Numbered from the whole stretch's first letter, positions 46,915 through 60,255 are shown. The stretch: DNA of 63,824 nt, filler included, from Octopus bimaculoides (GCF_001194135.2; 5 parts of 4 records of this genome joined end to end with filler, not necessarily neighbours in it); one strand, 5' to 3'. A program made the numbers and translations. Notes: a model not told the origin generated them from the sequence alone.

Positions 46915-47287
46915 GTTGGCACTCCGTCGCTTACGACGTCGAGGTTTCCAGTTGATTCGATCAACGGAACAGCCTGCTCGTGAAATTAACGTGCAAGTGG
47001 CTGAGCACTCCACAGACACGTGTACCCTTAACGGAGTTCTCGGGGATATTCAGTGTGACACAGTGTGACAAGACTGACCCTTTGAATTACAGGCACAACA
47101 GAAACAGGAAGTAAGAGTGAGAGAAAGTTGTGGTGGAAGAGTACAGCAGGGTTCGCGACCGTCCCCTGCCGGAGCCTCGTTGAGCTTTAGGCGTTTTCGC
47201 TCAATAAACACGCACAACGCCCGGTCTGGGAATCGAAACCGCGATCCTATGACTGCGAGTCCGCTGCCCTAACCACTGGGCCATTGC
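46915..47287 (-). mobile_element. tRNA-Arg-like SINE (family C), near full length
   Basis: Reverse complement GCAATGGCCCAGTGGTTAGGGCAGCGGAC-TCG-CAGTCATAGGATCGCGGTTTCGATTCCC: A box, TCG anticodon-like triplet and B box, then about 300 bp of unrelated body. Confidence 0.82.
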
Positions 47288-47589
47288 NNNNNNNNNNNNN
47301 NNNNNNNNNNNNNNNNNNNNNNNNATATATATATATATATATATATATAAACGCACAAATATATATATACGTATCTATATATACACACACTCATAACTCA
47401 GGTGTTAGTCTTTTAGATGTAACCATTTCTTATGAGACACACCGCTGCCTATTAGCATAATTCTTCTACCAGAAAACTGTTAATAACTATAAGGATCCAA
47501 TGCGAAGCGGTTATTACATTTTATTGTGGTTTTCGGGTTCCCCCACTCCCAATCATATTTTCTCGATTCATTTATCTTTTACTCGTTTC

Positions 47590-47790
47590 AGTCATGGGAC
47601 TGTGCCCAAGTCGGGGCATTTATCTTCAAAGATTTAGTCGACAAAAAAATCTACCCTAGTGCATATTGTGTAAAGTGTGGTACTTATTCTACCGAACTTT
47701 TTTTTGCCAAACCGCTAAGTTACGAGAACGGACATAAACAAATTAACACCAGTTGTCAAGCGGTGGTAGAGGACAAATGCAAACACAATG
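47590..47790 (-). mobile_element. SINE family B, 3' half
   Basis: TTTCAGTCATGGGACTG...AAACCGCTAAGTTACG...CCAGTTGTCAAGCGG. Confidence 0.75.
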
Positions 47791-49227
47791 TACAGTGTAT
47801 TTTTGAGCTTCAACCGCAGCTTGCGGTTAAAAACTGTTACGTTAGTTAAACTCAATATGTATTGAGTTTAAAAGGCACGAGGGCAATTCTGTCTAGCACC
47901 CGAACATAAATAATTTACTGAATTATGTACATATTTTGTTACAGACATTGAATTAGCATTTTTAGAATGAATTGGAAATTATATACTTTATAAATATTAT
48001 TTACAAACGTTATTCAATAAATAACATTTATAGTTTTAGCATGGGGGAGCACTGATATGCTTTCCTTCCCAAATGATGTGCTCTCTAGAATGTGTATGTA
48101 TGTATGTATGTATGTTTGTATGTATGTATGTATGAATGTATGTATGTATGTATGTATGTATGTATGTATGCATGTATGTATGTATGCATGTATGTATGTA
48201 TGTATATGAAAGTACACACACACATATATAAACAGATATCTAAATATACATAAGCATTTAGATATTTATACAGCTATTCTTAATACTTACATTTATGTAT
48301 GTATGTATGTATGTATCTATCTATCTATCTATCTATCTAACTGTCTAGCTACCTATGTATCTATATGAACATACGGATGCGTGCACACATATAAATATAA
48401 ATATATATATGTATATATGTGCATATGTATGTATGCATTTTTGTATGTGTGCATATATATATTCACGTGCACATAAATACATATATATATTTATATATGT
48501 GTGTGTTTGTGTGTATGTGTGTGTGCATCCATATATGTGTATATATATATAATGGGTTATGACCTTATAGCGTGTTTTCCAAAGTTCTTCTTCGGGCATC
48601 GTCTACCAGATATTATCATACGAGGACAGTAGAATATATCCTTTAACTGGATATACATGTGAAAATCTGTGACTATCCGAAGAGTTTATACACAGCAATT
48701 TTAATACGAGAAGATGGAGCGAACAGGTTTTATTGAAAATGACAAGAATTATTTCGGTGCATGATTCAGCTGGTAATAAAATTCCTTTAAATACACACAC
48801 ACGCGCGCGCACACACATCCACGCACACTCTAACACTCATATATATATTCAAAATTTGTAAACTGGAAGAAGCCCGTCGTATATATATATATAATTATAT
48901 ATACATATAATTATATATATCCATATAATTATAAAGTATATAATTTCCAATTCATTCTAAAAATGCTAATTCAATGCCTGTAACAAAATATGTATGTGCC
49001 CAATAAAATCTATTCCTGCAACAAATCTACGGGTAACAACAGGTAATCGAAACTGTGCCGGTGCTTTACTCATCATCTATTTATACATTTTGCATAATTT
49101 CTCCATATATATACATATATGTATATATATATATGTATATATATAAATATATATATATATATGTATGTATGTATGTATGAATATTTATATATATATATAC
49201 ATGTATATATAAATATATATGTATGTA

Positions 49228-49303
<76 letters not shown>

Positions 49304-49544
49304 ACCTCGTGGGCATCGGTACCATTTTCCTCTTTCTCCGTTCTTCCATTCTCCGAACTTTCCATCTTTCCGACGAAGGGCTACGCCCGAAACGTCATAC
49401 ACTCTCTCTTTCCTTTCCTGAGCGTCCAATAATACTATCCATATCACGTCCTCACTTTGTTGTTTTTTTGTTTTTTTGTTATTGTTTTTTTTAACTATAT
49501 ATATATATATATATATACATTTGTGTGCGTGCGCACGCGCGTGT

Positions 49545-49745
49545 ATGTGTGTGTGTCTTGACAACTGGTTCTGGTGTATTTATATCCCCGTAAGTTAGCA
49601 GTTCGGCAAAAGTGAACGACAGGACAAGTACTAGACTTGAAGAAATATAAAGTCCTAGAGGAGACTTGTTCGACTAAAACCCATCAAGGTGGTGCCCCAG
49701 CATGGCCGCAGTCAAATGACTGAAACTTAGTAAAAAAGGTGAAAA
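49545..49745 (+). mobile_element. SINE family B, 3' half
   Basis: CTTGACAAC...CCCCGTAAGTTAGCAGTTCGGCAAAAG...GCATGGCCGCAGTCAAATGACTGAAAC. Confidence 0.85.
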
Positions 49746-49777
49746 GGTAAAGCCACAACAATGCAAGTTGTAAGAAA

Positions 49778-50057
49778 TACAGTAATCCCTCACCATATCG
49801 CGGTTTACGTATCGCGGTTTACGTATCGCGGTGCACCTATCGCAGTTCACCTATTGCAGTTCACCTGTCACCGTTTATTATTAAAGCTTACGTCGATTCC
49901 TCCGTGGTATTATTTTGCATTTATAATAAAATAAATATATATACAAATTATAAAAAGAGAAAAATATACAGTACAGTACTGTTTCTACTTCGCGGATTTT
50001 TCCCTGTCGCGGAGGGTTTTGGAACGTAACACGCGCGAAAGTCGAGGGATTACTGTA
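49778..50057. mobile_element. Tigger/pogo-type MITE, 276 bp, TA target duplication
   Basis: TA-CAGTAATCCCTC ... GAGGGATTACTG-TA, with internal TATCGCGGTTTACG and CACCTATCGCAGTT repeats. Confidence 0.88.
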
Positions 50058-50204
50058 ATACAAATTGTTGCCATGTAGTTTAGCCTTGTATATGCAACAT
50101 TTTAGGCTTTGTACTCTTTTATCAGGGAATTTTCGTGGGCATACACTATGTTCATGAGTTTCCTTTTGCAGAATCAACTCTTGTTTCAAGCATTTGGGCT
50201 ACCA

Positions 50205-50315
50205 CCACCACTACCTGCACCGCCTCTATCGCCGCCACCGCCTTCATTTCCACCAACGCCGCCGCCGCCACCACCACCACCACCACCACCATCACCACCA
50301 TCACCACCACCACCA
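50205..50315. repeat. (CAC/CCG)n low-complexity tract
   Basis: Read directly from the sequence. Confidence 0.88.
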
Positions 50316-51184
50316 TCTCCGAAAGAGATACAGAATGATGATTTCGCAAACCGTAAGAACCAGCTGTTCATTACATTACATAATGCACAAGCGTTCCCTT
50401 ATCAAAATATTTCGTCTTATTTAGGGATTCAAATAATAGATATTAGTGATCAATTGTTAATCGAACTAACAGTTAACTCACTCTGTTATGGAAGCAATTA
50501 TGAATGAGTTACGACCTTCTAAATCAACGTAAATGATATTGATACGATATATCGTCATTATTGATCTTACTGTAAATTTATGCAAAATTTTTCATTCACG
50601 AACCATTCACGTGACACTGAATGGGATGCTAATGTCTAGTGGGGTTTTTTTTTTTTCTTAATCGTATACATAGTTTATTTTGCATTGTTTGGTGTTTATT
50701 TTATCGACGGCCCATCTAACGAGCTTCCATGCTGAATTGAAGTCATTGACTGAATTTCACTCAGAAGATTTGAGTTGACCTTAGGCTATGGAAGAAAATA
50801 CTTAGAATACTTGCCAATAGTAGTGTGTAGTGAGAGAGAGAGAAATACAAGATCCTCGTGATTACAAAGAGTTTCACTTGATAAGTAGTAATTAGAACAC
50901 ACACACACACACACACACACATACTACATGCACACAAAAAAAAAAAAACAGAGTGATTGCGCCATCTTCACAAATGATTGTCGTCTCCTTGCGCTTGTAC
51001 TGAATGGCATTTCTGAGTTCCCATCCATGACCACCTCTCTGGTGGTTACTCAGACCCGTTGCACATCCTCCTCTACAAGGATGCTGTGAAAATAGTTCAG
51101 TGTTCTTCACTCTCAGTCGTTTTGCTGCCTGCCCTGCCACCAACAAAGGGTATTTCTACGTTCCTACACTCAAAAGATTTCTTC

Positions 51185-51457
51185 TCACTGCTGCACACAC
51201 GTCTGCGATGTTTTTCTCAGTTCTGCTGGTTGCGGGTCTCCCAGACAACTTCCTTTGTCATGGTCAATGCGACGGTCACACGCTACATAACTTCCTCCCA
51301 AGCACTGCTGTAAACAGTGAAAGTAAGCTAGAACATTAAAACTTAGTGCGCATGCACAGCAGAGTTCAAGGTCAATCTGTGCCAAGTGGTTTCACTCTGC
51401 GTGCTTTAGCTTCGTTACTGTGACAACAGTCTGGATACTTATTGATGAGACCTTGTA
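51185..51457 (-). mobile_element. Mariner 5' fragment (TIR, leader, internally deleted N-terminus)
   Basis: Minus strand TA-CAAGGTCTCATCAATAAGTATCC terminus, then ATG ACA AAG GAA GTT jumping to SGRPATSRTEKNIADVCAAVR (mariner GRP linker). Confidence 0.6.
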
Positions 51458-52389
51458 TATATAAACTTAGTGTTAAAAAAGTCGGGTCTGCGTGCGTACC
51501 CTTCTACTTAATAAATGAAAAAATGTATTGTAAATAAGCAACGACAGATAAAAAGAAAACGTATACGTATATTGAGGATACAATCGGACGAGAGATAGAC
51601 ACAGAGAGGGTCCCTAATTCTTCATCAGTTATCAACCAAAGTAGTAATACTCGTTTTCGCACCATTAATGATAAGACTGAGAACTTCCCATATTGGTGGT
51701 GCCTGCGAAAGTCGCAGAATGTCGGATCTCAAGCAAAGAAAACAACACAAAGTGGACATACGANNNNNNNNNNNNNNNNNNNNNNNNNNNNNNNNNNNNN
51801 NNNNNNNTTAATTAATTAANNNNNNNNNNNNNNNNNNNNNNNNNNNNNNNNNNNNNNNNNNNNGTTACGTTAAAGTTATTTCTTTGCAAGCAGGTTTGTA
51901 TTCAGGTTTTGATTAGCAACGGGAGTGGCTACGCATGCATGTGCTACCGTATAAGGGTGTATGTGGTTTACAGAAGTGAAGGCTTGAGGAAAAAATGTGA
52001 GTACACTTAGTGGCCTTGCTGGTCACGCAGTAAACTAAATATCCGGTAGAATATTTTGCCCAATGAAAAAAGAAAACAAAGAGGATATATACGAATATAA
52101 TTCACACACATATATATAAAACTGAGAATGTGTGTCTATCTGTCTGCATGTATGGGTGTATCATTAAAACTCGAGAACTACCCAACAGATTTCATTCAAA
52201 TTTTACACATGCCTTACTAAGAGTCCATGCAGTGTCATGGGCCAAAATAATTTTCAACTTCCTGCCTGGTGCGAACCCGGAGCAATCTCTTATCCCTTAC
52301 ACTGTTTCCGTATTGCGCGTCAGAAGTGAAACAATAACATCTATATTAATACTTCCACTATCATATGGTTTCAATTTCTATTACTTTCA

Positions 52390-52597
52390 ATATGTATTTA
52401 TATACGTTTCTATATGCATGTATGCATGTATGTATGTTTGAATGTATGTATGTATGTATGTATGTGTATATATATATATATATACATACATATATATATA
52501 TATATATCATATATATATATATGTATATATTTATATCTTTGTATATATATATATATATGTATGTATGTGTATATATGTATGTATATATGTGTATATA

Positions 52598-52628
<31 letters not shown>

Positions 52629-52671
52629 CTACGTATATATGCATATGTATGTATATGTATGTATACATATG

Positions 52672-52762
<91 letters not shown>

Positions 52763-52977
52763 ATTTATGTGTATATATATATATGTATATATATATGTAT
52801 GTATATTTATGTATATATATGTATGTGAATGTATATATATGTATATATGCATATATATCTATATGTATGTATATATATGTGTGTATATATATATATATGT
52901 GTGTGGGGGTGTGCATATGTATATTTATGTATACGTGTGTAGAAAGAAGACTGTCGTATATATGTGAATGTATGTGT

Positions 52978-53018
<41 letters not shown>
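52390..53018. repeat. About 630-bp compound (TA)/(TATG)/(TG) microsatellite
   Basis: Read directly from the sequence. Confidence 0.95.
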
Positions 53019-53022
<4 letters not shown>

Positions 53023-53210
53023 GTACCCCCACCATTGCTTGACAAGCAATGTTGCCGTGTTTACATTCCCATAACTTAGCGGTTCGGCAAAAGACTCTGA
53101 TAGAATAAGTACTAGGCTTACAAAGAATAAATCCTTTGGTCGACTTTTTCTACCAAAGGTGGTGCTCCAGCACGGCCGCAGTCACAAGACTGAAACAAGT
53201 AAAACAATAA
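52935..53210 (+). mobile_element. SINE family B, headless copy
   Basis: AAAGAAGACTGTCGTATA...CATTGCTTGACAAG...AACTTAGCGGTTCGGCAAAAG...GGCCGCAGTCAC. Confidence 0.85.
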
Positions 53211-53380
53211 GAAACTATGCCCTTTAAATCCCGGGCAAGGCCGGGTGTCTCTGCTAGTTGTTTATAATGTTGCGTCGTTTCGGATTCTATATTACGTAGC
53301 AGCATCTTCAGCATATGTCTTCAGCTATCTTCATGCATACAGTTTACTGTGTATGGAAAAGGGACAGAGAGTATTTGTAT

Positions 53381-53485
<105 letters not shown>

Positions 53486-53499
53486 TGTATGTATTTCTA

Positions 53500-54110
53500 A
53501 ATGAGTATAAGTTTAATTTGATCCACTTTGGAAAAGAGGATACTCTGAAACTACCATGTGTCCTTCCCTCAGGCGACTCTCTAATGTCATCCAACAACAC
53601 CAGAGACCTTGGACTAATCAGTGATAACAATCTAAGCTGAAGTTACCACGTAAACAGCAAGGTTGACTTGGCCCGCAAGTTGTGCTCCTGGAGTCTGAGA
53701 ACTTTCTTGTCTAGAGATGCTCACACCATCATCCTTCTTTACTCTACTTTTGCCCGACCTCACCTTGAATACTGTTGCCCACTGTGGTACCCCCATACAA
53801 AACAACTTATTATCCATCAGAATATACCCCTTTTGATGAACGACATGCGAAAGAAAAAGCATTTGAAACACATAAAATTATTTAGAGTAAAATACAAACT
53901 ACATCTCTATACTGCTACTTACAAGCGCCAAATTATCCACCACAGTACAACCCGGAGAATCAAAAGATGTAACTGTCTTAATTGCGGGCCTTGCAGCAAA
54001 CTTATGGAAGGTTCAACATATAAATTCACGCCAGGGCAAACATTCACCATAAAAATTAAAAAATCATTTCACCTGTGTATCGAAGAATTTAATTTATGTG
54101 CTCAAGAGTA
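53500..54110 (+). mobile_element. CR1/L2-type LINE RT C-terminal remnant
   Basis: KFNLIHFGK...RDLGLISDNNLS*SYHV...ARKLCSWSLRTF.SRD...LLYSTFARPHLEYCCPLWYPH. Confidence 0.82.
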
Positions 54111-54916
54111 GTAGATGTGGTGGAGATTCTATAGATCAAACGAACTTGACTTTGAGGGACAGAATGACGGTACACAGGCAACAGATTCGGGACACCACAA
54201 CTAGGAAAATTAAACAGTTCTGGGGTGGGGGTGGGGGGAAATGACCAAAGAAATCAAAAAAAGTAAAGTACAATATATTTAATGCTTAAGTTGTATGTAC
54301 AGAAAAATCACGTCTTATTCGGTTTTAGTAATAAAACAATGAAGAGAAATAAAGCATTGACTCATTTAAATCATAATGTCACTCCATTTTCTATGATTTC
54401 TTTTCTATTTTTTTTTTCCTGTCGTAGTTTAATCGTTGATTGATATATGTCTATATGGATGTGTGTGTATATATGCATGTGTGTGTACATGCGTGTGTAT
54501 AATGTTTATGAATATGTTTCAATTATATTTGTATATCATAAAGAAGAAAATGGAGAGTTTGAACAGATCATATCAATTTATTTACATTTTGTCAACTATA
54601 TAAGCCTAGAATTGTTTCCGTATCTAACTTCATTCAAGTTACAATTAAAATTAGAATTTTTCACAGCCAAATAACGAAGGTAGGTATTTCTTCAGGGCAA
54701 AAATTAACACGAAAGTGTTCACATCCTAATAGATGTTCATCCTAATGAGTGTCCATCAACAGACTCTTTTCTTTTTTCTTTATGATATATTAATAAAAAT
54801 TATACCCAAATATATCGATGAGAAATACTCCTGAAAGTTCATCGATGTATAGGATCAAACCGGAGGATGCTTGGGTGTAAACATTCTTTCAAAGAGGAAT
54901 TTTTCTCCTCACAAAA

Positions 54917-54948
<32 letters not shown>

Positions 54949-56088
54949 NNNNNNNNNNNNNNNNNNNNNNNNNNNNNNNNNNNNNNNNNNNNNNNNNNNN
55001 NNNNNNNNNNNNNNNNNNNNNNNNNNNNNNNNNNNNNNNNNNNNNNNNNNNNNNNNNNNNNNNNATATATAGTTGAAAATACACTTAGAGTACTTAAAAA
55101 TATTTATTTATATTAACTGGTTTTACAATTTCATGATTTTCAAAGAATAACATCAAATGGATTGGAGCCATGCTGCATATTTTTCGACTGTGATTGAAAT
55201 TTCAATACTTTCTTTTTACGAAGAGAGTATGGGTGAAATTGCAATCAGTTGAGGCATAGTTTCCTTGGTTGAAGCTGTTCATTCAGTTAAACGGTTATGT
55301 AACAAGGATTAAAGTTGCGCCAAAAGTTAAGGTTGTATTAGTCCAACAATATTCATACAGTCACATGACCCTCTGACGGCGTGACCAGCTTCAACCAACT
55401 ACACTGTATTTCAACTGATGTCAATTTGAGCAATGATCATTCCAGAAATAAATCAAGAAAAATAAATTTTCAAACGCCAGATCCTTTTGTCTAACGCTAC
55501 TATTGAAGATCATGACAAACTTTTGAACCATGCAGCCATCATATCGTGAAAGAGACAATATATTCATTGAATACCAGAAATGCTATTATATCTATTTTTT
55601 ATTTATTTCGCGAAGTATAAAACTTTTCGCCATGCATTTGTGTCCTAGCCACTGACCAAGTTCTACTGCAGATATTGAAATCACTACTGGCAAATTTTAT
55701 AAAAATTCTGGTTGTTTTTTGTTCTCATGTCGCTTTCTTGTACAGAAACTATTGGGTAAATGTGATTTGACCTCTTTACTCGAGTTGCCATTAGTCACAT
55801 TTAAGTTCGTCTATTCTGCTTATTTATAAACTTATATGTACAATTACTACCATTCTATCTTTTGTTTTGGTTGTAGCTTTTGAATGTAAGCAAACAATAT
55901 TCATTATGTACATATATCAAATATACGGTACAAGTTTCTAGAAAATATATTCTTGCTAAGATGATTTAAACATAACAGTATAATAAGAAAAAGAGTCACA
56001 AATAATAGATAAAATCACACAAATGCATTATGTACATATATGTTCATATATCGTGTGTACACACACACACACACACACACACACACCC

Positions 56089-56119
<31 letters not shown>

Positions 56120-56124
<5 letters not shown>

Positions 56125-56186
56125 TTTTATTCTTTTATTTGTTTCAGTCATTTGACTGCGGCCAATGCTGGAGCGCCGTTTTTAGT
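56120..56186 (-). mobile_element. SINE family B 3' end, cut by a gap
   Basis: TTTGTTTCAGTCATTTGACTGCGGCCAATGCTGGAGC. Confidence 0.8.
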
Positions 56187-57325
56187 NNNNNNNNNNNNNN
56201 NNNNNNNNNNNNNNNNNNNNNNNNNNNNNNNNNNNNNNNNNNNNNNNNNNNNNNNNNNNNNNNNNNNNNNNNNNNNNNNNNNNNNNNNNNNNNNNNNNNN
56301 NNNNNNNNNNNNNNNNNNNNNNNNNNNNNNNNNNNNNNNNNNNNNNNNNNNNNNNNNNNNNNNNNNNNNNNNNNNNNNNNNNNNNNNNNNNNNNNNNNNN
56401 NNNNNNNNNNNNNNNNNNNNNNNNNNNNNNNNNNNNNNNNNNNNNNNNNNNNNNNNNNNNNNNNNNNNNNNNNNNNNNNNNNNNNNNNNNNNNNNNNNNN
56501 NNNNNNNNNNNNNNNNNNNNNNNNNNNNNNNNNNNNNNNNNNNNNNNNNNNNNNNNNNNNNNNNNNNNNNNNNNNNNNNNNNNNNNNNNNNNNNNNNNNN
56601 NNNNNNNNNNNNNNNNNNNNNNNNNNNNNNNNNNNNNNNNNNNNNNNNNNNNNNNNNNNNNNNNNNNNNNNNNNNNNNNNNNNNNNNNNNNNNNNNNNNN
56701 NNNNNNNNNNNNNNNNNNNNNNNNNNNNNNNNNNNNNNNNNNNNNNNNNNNNNNNNNNNNNNNNNNNNNNNNNNNNNNNNNNNNNNNNNNNNNNNNNNNN
56801 NNNNNNNNNNNNNNNNNNNNNNNNNNNNNNNNNNNNNNNNNNNNNNNNNNNNNNNNNNNNNNNNNNNNNNNNNNNNNNNNNNNNNNNNNNNNNNNNNNNN
56901 NNNNNNNNNNNNNNNNNNNNNNNNNNNNNNNNNNNNNNNNNNNNNNNNNNNNNTATATATATATATATATATATTATCTAATGTACAGAACTTTCAAATA
57001 AGTGCTACTGACTGTTTCTTGCCATTGAAACCCGAGGTTAGATAGATTTATACAACGGCCTGTGTCTCCTAGCAATCTCCGGGTTCTGGGCACATGTTTT
57101 TTTTTTTTCTATTTGAAAATCAGAACGTTGGTACATGGGAAACCACGAGAAAAAAACGAGAAGGTTGATGCAGAATGAACTGACAAAGTGTAATAAAAAC
57201 GAGAAAATAAGGGAAAGAGAAGAAAGAAAATTACAGTTACGCCCCCATCCCTTAGCCGTAGAAATCCTAATTAAGCTACCTGGTATAGAATAATTCAAAT
57301 GGGAGGAATCCAAAATCTACGAGAC

Positions 57326-57487
57326 TTAACCCTTTGAGCCCTGACCTTCTGAACTTTATTTTACCATATATCTGACACTCCACCGATGCTACGGTATAGA
57401 GCGGTGCTACGGTATAGAGCGGTGCTACGGTACAGAGAAAAATAAGCCATCCACCGGTAAACTGGTGTTACGGGCTCAAAGGGTTAA
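57326..57487. mobile_element. piggyBac-type MITE (154 bp) with TTAA duplication
   Basis: TTAA-CCCTTTGAGCCC ... GGGCTCAAAGGG-TTAA, with an internal 18-bp unit GTGCTACGGTATAGAGCG about 3 times. Confidence 0.9.
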
Positions 57488-58129
57488 CTCTACAACTGAA
57501 AGTAGTTATTCAATGCTTTCATACATTCTGCTAGCGATATATGACTTTTCATTGAACTTATCTCTTACGCGATGGACTTGGCCAATCATTGAGTACGACG
57601 TGGGTAAGCAGTACTTGAATCGCTGACCCATCATCCATCTTTGTATGAAGAATATTAGGAGCATGGGTGTGGGTTTTGAAATAGTTTCTCGCTAAACAGG
57701 TTTGTATTTGCTGCGCAAATGCGATTATGTTGAACTCGTTCAGTATTTTTTCCACTGAGTTTATTGTTCAATTATTTCCCTTCACAATAACATCTAACAA
57801 TTATCTATTTTAGAATCAACATCAACACCGCCCTAAGTTGATCTGATATTAGTCAGCAAGCATGGGCATTAATTATAATATGATTATAGTAATATTTATA
57901 CTACATCTCGAATAAAGATGCCCTCATTTAAAGTGTTAGATTTATGAAAGAGAAAGACACTAATGAAACACATGATATGATAACATGATATTTGTGTTAT
58001 TTTACTTAACACGAAATATGCATAGCATGGTGTTTTATGTTGTTTTTCAGTTTTATTCTTCCTCTACAACTTTTGTCTATTACTTTTGAAATTTGAATGA
58101 TGTTTACCCCTGGAATGTTGGAATGTTTA

Positions 58130-58445
58130 CAAGAATGGACTAACAAAAGCACCCAAAGATAACACGGGGATCTTAAACCGGGAGCTGGATTATGTCTATC
58201 AGTGACGATCAAAATGGAATTTGAACTCACAACACAAAGAGCCAGAATAAATACCGCAGGTCATTGCTTCCAACGTTCTCACGATTCTGGCCGACAATCC
58301 ATCTCCCTAAAATGGTGCTTGTTTATTGACTTTTGAAGGATGAAAGACAAAGTTGACCAGAGTGGGATCTGAAATCAAAATGACACAAGAAGCCAAATTA
58401 GACTCGTCATAACATTACGTTCGATGGTTTAGCGATTCGACTAAT
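58130..58445 (-). mobile_element. Two decayed SINE family A copies in tandem
   Basis: GGAATTTGAACTCAC...CACGATTCTG and GAAGGATGAAAGACAAAGTTGACC...TAGCGATTC. Confidence 0.6.
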
Positions 58446-58737
58446 TCATTACGTAAGATGTAAACAGTATTTCAATGATGGTTTGAGACCCACTTCCTAA
58501 TCTAAATAAAGCTCACAAATATACAGTGTATCAGTACACACTGATATAATGGCGGATATGCTTGCAAAAGAACTTAGTTTTTCTCACTGACCTTTGTATT
58601 TTTTCACTGAACTCGCTAAGGGCTTACAATCACATCGTACTTCATTTTAAGTGCTCTCTTACACATTCCATAGCTTCAGTCTTTTCAGCTACTTCTTTTC
58701 ATGAAGCATTTAAAAAACGCACTCGCGCGCACGCACG

Positions 58738-58800
<63 letters not shown>

Positions 58801-59044
58801 ATACGTATACTTATATAAGTGTGGATTTCATGAGAGAGGGTGAACATGTCAACCCAAGCACTGGAAATAAAAATATATTGAATTGAGTTTAATTGCTCTA
58901 TAAATGAGCAAAACTTCATCTTAATATGCGTTATATATTTATAATAAGTTTTAAATACTTATGGTTAAACTTGAGTTGAATAGGTTCTTGTGCGTTTAAG
59001 TCAATATTTAGTACATAAAGTAGCAAATTGAACAATACCTTTTA

Positions 59045-59465
59045 TCTTTTCTTTTAACTGTTTCAAGTCACTGGTCTGCGGCCATGCTTGGGTACTCTTA
59101 AAGTGCTTTACTCGAACAAATCGAACCCAATGCTTAGCGTTTTAAATCTGGTACTTACTCGATCATCCTCTAATGCCGGACCATTAAGTCACGAGGACGT
59201 AAACACGCCAACACCGGTTGTCTAACAATGTGGGTGGACAAACACAGACACGAAGGTACGCACACACACACACACACACACATACACACACACATACACA
59301 CACACATACACACACATATAATGGGCTTTCACACAGATTGTTTGCCAAATTCACTCACAAGGCTCTGACCGGTTAGGGGCTATAGTTCAAGATACCCAAG
59401 AGTTCAGCTCAGAGGGACTTAACTCAAAAGCTAGCTTCTTAAAACCACAAAGCCATGTCTGCGCC
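59045..59465 (-). mobile_element. SINE family B copy
   Basis: CTGTTTCAAGTCACTGGTCTGCGGCCATGC...GACGTAAACACGCCAACACCGGTTGTC...CCAAATTCACTCACAAGGCT. Confidence 0.82.
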
Positions 59466-59727
59466 TAAATATATCTTACGAGTTGAACATATATTTAACA
59501 TACATAGAAAAAACATATATAAAAATATATAAATANNNNNNNNNNNNNNNNNNNNNNNNNNNNNNNNNNNNNNNNNNNNTTAATTAATTAANNNNNNNNN
59601 NNNNNNNNNNNNNNNNNNNNNNNNNNNNNNNNNNNTATATATATATATATATATATGTGTGTGTTTGTGTGTATGTGTGTGTGTGAGTGTGTGCGTGCGT
59701 TTGCGTGTGTGTGTGTGTATGTACGTA

Positions 59728-60135
59728 GGTGAAGGTGTAGCTGTGTGGTTCAGAAGCTTGCTTCCCAGCTATATAATTCTAGGTTCAGTTCCATAGCGCG
59801 TAATATCCTGGCCAAGTGTCCTGAACTATAGCCTCGGACCGACCAAAGCTTTATGAGTGAACTTGGTAAACAGAAACTGAAAGAAGCCCTCATATATATA
59901 CATATATATACATATATATATATACATAAATATATGTATGTGTGTGTTTGTGTTTGTCCCCCACCACCATTTGATAACAGGTGTTGACCTGTTTACGCAC
60001 CCAGTAACGTAACGGTTAAGCAAAAAGAGACCGATAAAATAACTACCAGTCTTAAAAAGTACTGGAGTCGAAAAAATTCTTCAAGGCGGTACCCCAGCAT
60101 GGCCGCAGTCTAATGATTAAAACAAGAAAAAGAGA
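59728..60135 (+). mobile_element. SINE family B copy
   Basis: GGTGAAGGTGTAGCTGTGTGG...GGCCAAGTGTC...CGACCAAAGC...CAGCATGGCCGCAGTCTAATG. Confidence 0.85.
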
Positions 60136-60159
60136 AAATATATACATACATATATTTAT

Positions 60160-60255
60160 GTTCAGAAAAGCATCTCATATACTTACATATATTTATGTAT
60201 GTATTTATGTATATATGTATATATTTATGTATGCATATGAGATGCTTTTCTGAAC
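60160..60255. repeat. Perfect 21-bp inverted repeat closing a 96-nt hairpin
   Basis: GTTCAGAAAAGCATCTCATAT ... ATATGAGATGCTTTTCTGAAC, with a 54-nt AT-rich spacer that partly extends the stem. Confidence 0.9.

Larger units (their letters stand above)
52110..53257 (+). mobile_element. Non-autonomous Helitron/Helentron-type element with nested microsatellite and SINE
   Basis: 5' ATATATAAAACTGAGAATGTGTGTCTATCTGTCTG...GATTTCATTCAAATTTT (DINE-1/Lep1-like layout). 3' hairpin CCCGG-gcaagg-CCGGG followed by CTAG|T at 53254-53258. Confidence 0.62.

Noticed and set aside
50109-50507. Poly-Pro/poly-His/poly-Gly ORFs
   Set aside because: Derived from a (CAC/CCG)n tract with no splice or homology support.
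52361-53049. Multiple 130-200 aa YI/CM-repeat ORFs
   Set aside because: Compound TA/TATG microsatellite.
57380-57440. Short direct repeats as a possible CRISPR-like array
   Set aside because: Head-to-tail 18-mers without spacers inside a piggyBac MITE, in eukaryotic context. No CRISPR array exists anywhere in the window.
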